From the NCBI GenBank assembly GCA_034666965.1, contig JAXDKT010000075.1:1-54047 (forward strand): a stretch of 54,047 bases of DNA. Direction: 5' to 3'. A program made the translations under genes and the position numbers. How positions within the stretch are numbered: position 1 is the first letter of the stretch; each line of letters begins with the position of its first letter. Positions 8,465 through 14,804 of the stretch are shown piece by piece. Source of the DNA: Chloroflexota bacterium (GTDB lineage Bacteria; Chloroflexota; Limnocylindria; Limnocylindrales; CSP1-4). The notes under the pieces are model-generated. The model made no database searches, was not told where the DNA came from, and saw only the letters and a program-made list of their open reading frames with translations.

Positions 8465-10034
8465 CGAGACGCGTGGCCTCGCGCCGGAGGAGCTCCCAGG
8501 CCCGCTCGACGTGACGCGCCTCGGTCCGGACGTTCCCGACGGACAACCGGATGGTGAACCGATCCGTCAGGCGGCTGTGCGACAGGAAGACCTCGCCGGT
8601 TCGGTTGACGGCCTCGAGGATCGCCGCGTTGCGCTCGTCGAGCAGGGCGCGGCTCGCCGGGTCGTCTTCGCGGCCGGCCAGCCGGGCCGGCCGCCAGCGG
8701 AAGCAGACCGTCGAGAACGGGACCGGGGCCAGTCGCTCCCAATCCGGGTCGCCTTCGACCGCCGCCGCGAACCACTCGGCCAGCGCGATGTGATGCTCGA
8801 GTCGCCGGCGGAGCCCGTCGAGACCGAACCAGCGCAGCAGGATCCACAGCTTGAGCGCCCGCAGGCGTCGCCCGAGCTGTGGCTGGTACTCGTTGTAGTC
8901 GCGCCCGGGGACGGCCCGATCGAGCGTGCGCAGGTACTCGGGGACCAGGCTGAAGGCGGCCCGCAGCTGGTCCATCCGGCGGGTCAGCAGGAGCGAGGCG
9001 TCGAGCGGCGTGAACAGCCACTTGTGCGGGTTGACCACGATCGAATCGGCCCGCTCCCACCCGGCGAACGGGCCGCGGCGCTCGGGGATGATCGCGACCG
9101 GCCCGGCGTAGGCCGCATCGACATGGAGCCACAACCCGGCTCGCGCCGCGACGTCGGCGATCGCCCCGACCGGATCCACCGACGTCGAGGTGGTCGTGCC
9201 CAGGACGGCGACCACGGCGATCGGGCGGATCCCACCGGCCCGGTCTTCGGCGATGGCCGCCTCGAGCGCATCGACCCTCATCTGGTAGCGGTCGTCGGTC
9301 GGGATCCGACGGAGCCCGGACCGGCCCAGCCCCAGGGTCATGCACGCCTTGTCGATCGACGAATGGGCCTCGGCCGAGGCGTACACCCGTATGGCACCGA
9401 GGTCGTCCCGACCGCCCAGGCCGCGGGCGGCGGCGTCGGTCCCGGCCGCTTCGCGGGCGGCCGCCAGCGAGATCAGCGACGAGGTCGAGGCTGTATCGGT
9501 CAGCAGGCCATCGAAGCCGACGGGCAGGCCCAGCGCCTGGCGCAGCCAGTCGACGACGACCTGCTCGAGCTCGGTCCCAATCGGCGAGGTGCGCCACAGC
9601 ATCGGGTTCTGGGCGAGCGCCGCGGTCAGCATCTCGCCCAGGATCCCGGGCCCGGAGGCGGTCGTCGGGAAGTACGCCAGGAAGCCCGGGTGCTGCCAGT
9701 GGGTTGCATTGGGTTCGATCAGCGTGCCGTAGTCGGCCAGGATCGTTTCGATGGACTCGGGCGCCTCGGGCGGCGCCGCCGGAAAGGCCGGTCGCAACGA
9801 TCCGGGCTCGATCGGGGGCAGGACCGGACGGCCCTCCACGCCCTCGAGGTAGTCGGCCATCAGATTGACCACATCGTGAGCGGCCGCCCGGAAGGTCGCC
9901 GGGTCCATGTCGCCAAGGCCATCGAGCTGGTCCGAGCCCAGGCCGCGCGAGGGCTGAGAGGGCAGGCGCTCCGCACCGGGAGCCTGCGCCGCGAGGGCGG
10001 CAGGCGGTCGGCCGGGTATCTGCTCGGCACTCAT
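8457..10034 (-). CDS. Group II PLP-dependent amino-acid decarboxylase (aromatic-L-amino-acid / DABA decarboxylase family)
   Basis: The track ORF 8457..10256 is trimmed to the ATG at 10034 (MSAEQIPG...), giving 525 aa. Motifs are THWQHPGFLAYFP, DAAYAG and NPHKW (PLP-lysine region). Confidence 0.85.
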   Translation of the reverse strand: MSAEQIPGRPPAALAAQAPGAERLPSQPSRGLGSDQLDGLGDMDPATFRAAAHDVVNLMADYLEGVEGRPVLPPIEPGSLRPAFPAAPPEAPESIETILADYGTLIEPNATHWQHPGFLAYFPTTASGPGILGEMLTAALAQNPMLWRTSPIGTELEQVVVDWLRQALGLPVGFDGLLTDTASTSSLISLAAAREAAGTDAAARGLGGRDDLGAIRVYASAEAHSSIDKACMTLGLGRSGLRRIPTDDRYQMRVDALEAAIAEDRAGGIRPIAVVAVLGTTTSTSVDPVGAIADVAARAGLWLHVDAAYAGPVAIIPERRGPFAGWERADSIVVNPHKWLFTPLDASLLLTRRMDQLRAAFSLVPEYLRTLDRAVPGRDYNEYQPQLGRRLRALKLWILLRWFGLDGLRRRLEHHIALAEWFAAAVEGDPDWERLAPVPFSTVCFRWRPARLAGREDDPASRALLDERNAAILEAVNRTGEVFLSHSRLTDRFTIRLSVGNVRTEARHVERAWELLRREATRLDG

Positions 10035-10041
10035 CGGACCG

Positions 10042-10047
10042 AGTCTA
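10042..10047 (-). promoter_or_regulatory. Candidate -10 hexamer TAGACT (TANNNT), 7 nt upstream of the decarboxylase ATG; leaderless transcript suspected
   Basis: The reverse strand reads ...TAGACTcggtccgATG. There is no SD between the hexamer and the start. Confidence 0.3.
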
Positions 10048-10056
10048 CATAGGCAG

Positions 10057-10068
10057 AACAGTCCTGTT
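10057..10068. promoter_or_regulatory. 12-bp palindrome AACAG-TC-CTGTT in a divergent promoter region (candidate operator)
   Basis: A perfect 5+2+5 inverted repeat read directly. It lies between the two candidate -10 boxes of the divergent genes. Confidence 0.2.
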
Positions 10069-10113
10069 ACGTCTGGGACGAACGGGCGATGTGACGGCAA
10101 TGGCCACGCCCGA

Positions 10114-10119
10114 TATGGT
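10114..10119 (+). promoter_or_regulatory. Candidate -10 hexamer TATGGT (TANNNT), 6 nt upstream of ATG 10126; leaderless transcript suspected
   Basis: The sequence reads cgaTATGGTtgggccATG with no SD. Confidence 0.3.
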
Positions 10120-10125
10120 TGGGCC

Positions 10126-10944
10126 ATGCTCGACGCGACGTCCGCCAACGCCCGGCGCCGGCCCGTCCTGGCCCTCCTGTGGGCCGTCGCGCTCGGTGGG
10201 GCGCTGCTGGTCGGCCCGCTCGTGTCCGCCGTCGCGGCCGCCGATCCCGATCCCACCCCTCACCCCAGCCCGAGCACCAGCCCGCCGCCCAACCCGAACG
10301 CGGTCGCCTATTCGCGATCGCTCCTGCGAGCCGGTGATTTCGCCCGCCAGTACACCACCTACCAGTGCGTGGGCGCCTCGCTGCAGACCATGCGCAACAT
10401 GATCTGGAGGATCAACAACCGCGGTCCCAACCTCCAGAAGAGGCTGTGGAAGGTCGCTCGTGCGAACAGCCTGTACAAGGCCGACGGCGGGGCGGACCCC
10501 TTCGGCTGGACGACGGCGACCTCGTTGTGGGATGGCTACGGCCGCTACGTGCTGGTTGCCGCGGAGACCATGGCCGACGCCGTCAAGGCTGCCGCCCGCG
10601 GCATGGCCACGACCGGTCGCCCCGCCGGGATCATCGTCTGGGGCGGCACGCATGCCTGGGTGCTGACCGGCTTCGAGGCGACCGCCGACCCCAACGAGAC
10701 CGACGACTATCGGGTGCTGACCGTCCGCATGGTCGATCCGCTCTGGCCGGCCCACCACTCTCGCAACCACGTCGTCTACAAGCCCGGCACGCGTCTGTAC
10801 ATGGGCAGCCTCAAGCGCCATTTCACCGCCTACCACGACTCGCGCCGCGATCCACGCATCGAGGGGCGCTTCGTCGTGGTCGTGCCGATCCCCGAGGACG
10901 AGCCGGTCCCAGACGGCGCCTGGGACCCCGACGACCCCAAGTAA
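10126..10944 (+). CDS. Secreted hypothetical protein with a putative papain-like Cys/His pair
   Basis: 272 aa. It has a signal peptide (RRRPVLALLWAVALGGALLVGPLVSAVAAA) and a Pro/Ser/Thr linker. A globular domain follows, with YQCVGASLQTM (Cys) and WGGTHAWVLTGF (His). Confidence 0.7.
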   Translation: MLDATSANARRRPVLALLWAVALGGALLVGPLVSAVAAADPDPTPHPSPSTSPPPNPNAVAYSRSLLRAGDFARQYTTYQCVGASLQTMRNMIWRINNRGPNLQKRLWKVARANSLYKADGGADPFGWTTATSLWDGYGRYVLVAAETMADAVKAAARGMATTGRPAGIIVWGGTHAWVLTGFEATADPNETDDYRVLTVRMVDPLWPAHHSRNHVVYKPGTRLYMGSLKRHFTAYHDSRRDPRIEGRFVVVVPIPEDEPVPDGAWDPDDPK

Positions 10945-10979
10945 TGCGCCGCCAGCAACCTGTCGCGCCCGGACAGTGC

Positions 10980-11016
10980 GAGACCCCGGCTGGGAGGAGG
11001 TTCCAGCCGGGGTCTC
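10980..11016 (+). terminator. Strong GC hairpin downstream of 10126..10944 (candidate intrinsic terminator, no U-tract)
   Basis: A perfect 14-bp stem GAGACCCCGGCTGG / CCAGCCGGGGTCTC with the 9-nt loop gaggaggtt, starting 36 nt after the stop codon. Confidence 0.5.
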
Positions 11017-11225
11017 GGGTGAGCGGGGCCGTGCAGCGCCCCCGCGGGTTTGGCGGGTATTCGTGCCAGCGGCCGGGGTGACGTTCGGCGGCTGACTGCG
11101 GTCATGCTCGACGAAGCGGGTCAGCGCGCCTATAGGACTATCGGGCTATGAGGGTCCTGTGTCCTAGCGTGACCCAGGCCGGCGCGCACCGGTTGTGGTG
11201 CCCGCCGACACCGATCCGGGCGGTA

Positions 11226-11453
11226 CTAACGGCGCGCGATGGGAACCGGACCCAGGGCCCGACAGATCGGACAGCGAGCCGCGTAGTCGGACGGGTCGTC
11301 GCTGCGCTCGAGCTCGTTCTCGCTCTGGCCCAGGATCAGACCGCAGGCGGCAACGATCGCCAGCGGGCGGTTGAACGGGGCGGGCTCGAGCGGCTCGGCC
11401 CGGTGATGCCACTGTCCGTAGCGGGAGCCTCGTCGGCGCAGCCAGCGATCCAT
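11226..11453 (-). CDS. Hypothetical 75-aa protein
   Basis: The GC3 bias in this frame looks coding. No recognisable family; the C-terminus reads CPICRALGP. Confidence 0.4.
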   Translation of the reverse strand: MDRWLRRRGSRYGQWHHRAEPLEPAPFNRPLAIVAACGLILGQSENELERSDDPSDYAARCPICRALGPVPIARR

Positions 11454-11570
11454 GAGAACCGCACTGTGCGCGCGTTCGGGTTGCAGACGGACCGCGACGG
11501 CCGTGGACCAAATCTCACCCGCGATAAACGTTCGAGCACGGCGACAGGTGGGGTGGCCTGGTCTCGCGAC

Positions 11571-11996
11571 CTACACCGGCCGCCCGGCATTGGCCTCCGC
11601 GATCGCAGCCAGGACCGGCGGCGGGACGGGCCACCATGTGTCGCCGGCGGAGGTCCGGACACAGACCCGGCTCGGCTCGAACCCGGGCAGGTGCTTGACG
11701 AAGCCGTCGGCGGTCGTCGTGAAAATGGCCTGCCGGCGCCCACCGAGCTCCCGCGGCCCGTAGGCACCGGGGAGCCAGCGCGTTGTCCGTCCCCCGTCGA
11801 GGGTCACGAGGAGCCCTTCGAGGTAGACCGGTCGGTAGCCGTAATTCCGCACGATCAGGACGATCTGGTCGTCTGCCATCGTGGCGGCCAGGCGCGGGTC
11901 CGCGCTCAGCGCCCGCCGCCCGTACACCACGCCGCCGACCGCAGCGACCGCGGCGACGATCGCGGCGATGACGCCGACGACGATCCAGATGTCCAC
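11571..11996 (-). CDS. Hypothetical membrane-anchored protein (N-terminal TM plus ~110-aa domain)
   Basis: 141 aa with a GTG start. The N-terminal TM segment is IWIVVGVIAAIVAAVAAVGGVV. GC3 is good and I recognise no family. Confidence 0.6.
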   Translation of the reverse strand: MDIWIVVGVIAAIVAAVAAVGGVVYGRRALSADPRLAATMADDQIVLIVRNYGYRPVYLEGLLVTLDGGRTTRWLPGAYGPRELGGRRQAIFTTTADGFVKHLPGFEPSRVCVRTSAGDTWWPVPPPVLAAIAEANAGRPV

Positions 11997-12003
11997 GGAA
12001 CCA

Positions 12004-12009
12004 AGAGTA
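12004..12009 (-). promoter_or_regulatory. Candidate -10 hexamer TACTCT, 7 nt upstream of GTG 11996
   Basis: The reverse strand reads TACTCTtggttccGTG with no SD. Confidence 0.25.
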
Positions 12010-12158
12010 AGACCGTGCGCCGTGGTCCATGAGGCGGGTGGCCAGGGGCCAGGACCCGGGCGTGAACGAGTCGGAGGTGGCCTAGATGCGAGCTCTGGGC
12101 AGGTCAGCCTCGTCGGATATCGGTCGGGCTTTCTGTGCTAACCACGTGCGGAAAGTAG

Positions 12159-12305
12159 CGCTGCGAGAAGGGTCACGAGTGGCCCGCTCACGTCTTCTCG
12201 CGAACGAAGCAGCAGAGCAACTGCCCGGATTGCTTCAAGGCGCGCCAGAGCGAGATCTCGCGCGAAGCCGCCAAACGCCGACGGCAGGCCATCGCCGCCG
12301 CCTGA
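12159..12305 (+). pseudogene. 3' remnant of a zinc-ribbon (CxxGHxW...CPxC, DUF4379-like) gene; no start codon, preceded by an in-frame TAG
   Basis: My translation is (GK*)RCEKGHEWPAHVFSRTKQQSNCPDCFKARQSEISREAAKRRRQAIAAA*. GC3 is high in this frame. There is no ATG/GTG/TTG after the TAG at 12156-12158. It is absent from the ORF track. Confidence 0.3.
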
Positions 12306-12331
12306 GGCTGGCCGAACGCGTCCGAGCCTCA
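12303..12331. terminator. Hairpin whose arms contain the two convergent stop codons (weak bidirectional terminator candidate)
   Basis: TGAGGCT (12303-09) pairs with AGCCTCA (12325-31), giving a 7-bp stem and a 15-nt loop. Confidence 0.2.
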
Positions 12332-13549
12332 GTCGAACGGCGGGATGAGTTCTGCCGGCGACCGCTCGTAGTTGAGGACCATCGGCTCGCCCGTGTCCTG
12401 CATCGCGACCTTGCCATAGACGGGGCTCATGCCCGCGAGCAACTCGTTCGGGAGTGCCGGCGTTCGGCTACGGATCTCGTCTGAGTCCATCGGCTTCGAC
12501 CCAAGGCGCACCAAGAGCCCGTGCTCACGCTGTACAGCGTGACCGTCGAGCGTCGGAGCGACGAGGTCCTGGTAAGGCGGACCGAACCACGTCAGCCAGG
12601 TGGCCTTGGGCGGCAGGCCGATCCACCACGGCCCGTTGATCCAATCGAAGGCGAAGTTCTCGGTGCCCTGGCCGTACCACTGAGCGCCGCGCGTCCCGGT
12701 GAGAACGCCTCGGGTGACGTAGCCGGCGGCGTAGAACGCACCCAACTCCTCCGCGACGGTGACGAACATCTCGACGACGCGGTCGCATGTTGCAGGGTCG
12801 TTCTCGATCGCGGTGGCGTTGATGTCGATGTGGATCTCGACCTTAGGCCGCTTCCCTGGGGGAGCGGGTCGATCTGGCGACCAGCCGACCGACCCACCGA
12901 AGACGGGCTTCTTCGATTTCCAGAAGAAGAGCCAGGTCGTTGGTTGCCAAAGAGCCAGGAACTCCGCTTCGCCGGTTGGGTCGGCTAACTTGAAGCGAAG
13001 CGGTTCGTGTAGGCCAAAGCGAGACGGAAGGGCCTCGGGCATGACGCGCCGGACGATCTCGAGGAACCGTGCCCCGTTCCCGGCGCTGCTGGTTGGGAGG
13101 TACCACTCAAGGGTCAGTTGACGAACCGGAGTCATGACGGGCTCACGACGCCTCGGTTTGGCGGAGACGTCAGGGAAGACGAGTGCGTCGTCCTGCGGAT
13201 TGAACACGGCACCGTCGCACGTCAGAGCGAGGTGCTCGCACAGCGCGAAAGCCCGACTCATGTCCTTGTCGCCGAGCCCCCACCGGAGATTCATTTCCGA
13301 CAGGAATGCCCGGCCCCGAATCACCTGCTGTACAGGATCGGGAAGATCCTCTTGCTCGGCCGGAAAGGGCCCAGACAAGACGAAGACGTGTTTGCGCCGG
13401 AGCAATCCGCGCGACTCGGCCATGAGATTGGCGTCGTCACCTCCGAGGTCGCCCTCCAGCGACAACCGCCAGCCGACGTCACGCAGGTGGGACTCGACCA
13501 TCCCACGCGTGGGTGGCGTGCGCGTCGCGATCACGATGTCGAAACTCAA
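12329..13549 (-). CDS. Hypothetical 406-aa protein (orphan, two-domain)
   Basis: A TTG start preceded by GGGAGAGGTGAT, a near-perfect SD, with 5-nt spacing. The region is patchily less GC-rich than the backbone. The C-terminal half is W/G/P-rich (WINGPWWIGLPPKATWLTWFGPPY). I recognise no family. Confidence 0.75.
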   Translation of the reverse strand: MSFDIVIATRTPPTRGMVESHLRDVGWRLSLEGDLGGDDANLMAESRGLLRRKHVFVLSGPFPAEQEDLPDPVQQVIRGRAFLSEMNLRWGLGDKDMSRAFALCEHLALTCDGAVFNPQDDALVFPDVSAKPRRREPVMTPVRQLTLEWYLPTSSAGNGARFLEIVRRVMPEALPSRFGLHEPLRFKLADPTGEAEFLALWQPTTWLFFWKSKKPVFGGSVGWSPDRPAPPGKRPKVEIHIDINATAIENDPATCDRVVEMFVTVAEELGAFYAAGYVTRGVLTGTRGAQWYGQGTENFAFDWINGPWWIGLPPKATWLTWFGPPYQDLVAPTLDGHAVQREHGLLVRLGSKPMDSDEIRSRTPALPNELLAGMSPVYGKVAMQDTGEPMVLNYERSPAELIPPFD

Positions 13550-13658
13550 GGGCGATCACCTCTCCCGGGATCGCTCACTCTAGCCCACAGACACTCACTA
13601 TTGGCGCGATCGCGCAAGGCCGGGCAGGGGGACTTTCCCACGTTGTTCGGACAGAAAG

Positions 13659-13735
13659 TGGTCGGGGCGGCCGGATTTGAACCGACGACCACCAGTCCCC
13701 CAGACTGGTGCGCTACCAGACTGCGCCACGCCCCG
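13659..13735 (-). tRNA. tRNA-Pro (anticodon GGG), CCA encoded
   Basis: The reverse strand folds by hand into a cloverleaf: CGGGGCG-TG-GCGC-AGTCTGGTA-GCGC-A-CCAGT-CTGGGGG-ACTGG-TGGTC-GTCGG-TTCAAAT-CCGGC-CGCCCCG-ACCA. The acceptor stem is 7 bp, the anticodon is GGG with G37, and the TPsiC loop is TTCAAAT. Confidence 0.9.
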
Positions 13736-13763
13736 AGGAGGCCGAGTCTAGCAGACGGGCCGA

Positions 13764-14804
13764 TCAGTCCCGCTGAGGCGCGACCAGCCAGTCCGGGTAG
13801 TCGGCCAGCTCGTCCTTGGACTCGCGGGCCAGCAGGTCGACCAGGCAGCGCTTGACGCTCTTGCCCTCGAACAGGGCCCGATGGACCTCGCGGGCGATCG
13901 GCATCTCGACCCCGAGCCGATCGGCCAGGGCGATCGCGGCGTCGACCGTGTAGGCGCCCTCGGCGACACCCGGCAGGTCGGCCTCGATCTCAGCCCAGCT
14001 CCGGCCGCGGGCCAACTCAACCCCCAGCCGGTGGTTGCGCGACAGCGGCGAGCCGCACGTGGCGATGACGTCACCGATCCCGGCCAGTCCGGCGAACGTC
14101 AACGGGTTGGCCCCGGCGGCGATCCCGAGCCGGGTCATCTCCGCCAGGCCGCGGGTCATCAGCCCGGCCTTGCCGTTGTCACCAAAGCCCAGCTCCTCGG
14201 TCGCGCCGGCGGCAATGGCCACCACGTTCTTGAGCGCGCCGCACAGCTCCACCCCGATGATGTCGCGATTGACGTACAGGCGGAACCGGCGCAGCCCGAG
14301 GCGCGCCTGGATCCGGGCGGCCAGGGCCTCGTCGTCGGCGGCGACCACCGCCGAGGCGGGCAGGCCGCGGGCGATCTCGAGAGCCAGGTTCGGACCGGAC
14401 AGCGCCGCGATCCGGCCCGGCTCGAACCCACCGGCCTGGGCGATCACCTGGCTCATCCGCAGCAGCGTGCCGCCCTCGAGTCCCTTGACAACGGAGACCA
14501 GGTCGGCGCCGACCGGAACCGCCGCAGCGATGCGGGTGACCTCGGTCCGCAGATGGGTCGACGGGACCGCGAAGACGATCACCTCCGCCGAGGCCAGGAG
14601 TTCCGGCTCGAAACCCACCTGGAGGCGGGGCGGAAACGCCACGCCGGGGAGTCGCCGGGTGTTGGCTCGCTCGCCGGCCAGGCGCGCGGCGGTCTCCGCG
14701 GTGTGGGCGACCAGGATCGCGGGCTCGCGCCGGGCGATCAGGATCGCGAGCGTGGTTCCCCACGCGCCGCTGCCGACGACGGCGACCCGCGGGCCGGCGG
14801 TCAC
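13764..14804 (-). CDS. gpsA: NAD(P)H-dependent glycerol-3-phosphate dehydrogenase
   Basis: 346 aa with motifs [23 protein letters not shown] and GIGDVIATC. The GTG start forms a GTGA overlap with the der stop. Confidence 0.9.
   Translation of the reverse strand: MTAGPRVAVVGSGAWGTTLAILIARREPAILVAHTAETAARLAGERANTRRLPGVAFPPRLQVGFEPELLASAEVIVFAVPSTHLRTEVTRIAAAVPVGADLVSVVKGLEGGTLLRMSQVIAQAGGFEPGRIAALSGPNLALEIARGLPASAVVAADDEALAARIQARLGLRRFRLYVNRDIIGVELCGALKNVVAIAAGATEELGFGDNGKAGLMTRGLAEMTRLGIAAGANPLTFAGLAGIGDVIATCGSPLSRNHRLGVELARGRSWAEIEADLPGVAEGAYTVDAAIALADRLGVEMPIAREVHRALFEGKSVKRCLVDLLARESKDELADYPDWLVAPQRD

Noticed and set aside
8008-9597. 529-aa same-strand, out-of-frame ORF inside the decarboxylase/ACAD genes. 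Analogous out-of-frame ORFs are 20456..21598, 36971..38650, 43495..44859, 40028..41098 and 23625..24359
   Set aside because: They are Arg/Pro/Gly-dominated translations overlapping genes whose own frames carry clear catalytic motifs. They lack independent start signals.
12086-12484. 132-aa plus-strand ORF in the island gap
   Set aside because: It has poor GC3 and no motifs, and it overlaps the well-supported 406-aa gene. The adjacent frame carrying the zinc-ribbon remnant explains the local coding-like signal better.
10945-13658. Intact integrative element at tRNA-Pro (integrase, att repeats)
   Set aside because: No tyrosine or serine recombinase ORF lies in the patch. The nearest recombinase is the housekeeping xerD about 10 kb away. 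I could not find a direct repeat of the tRNA 3' end by eye. I therefore describe it only as a possible decayed island.
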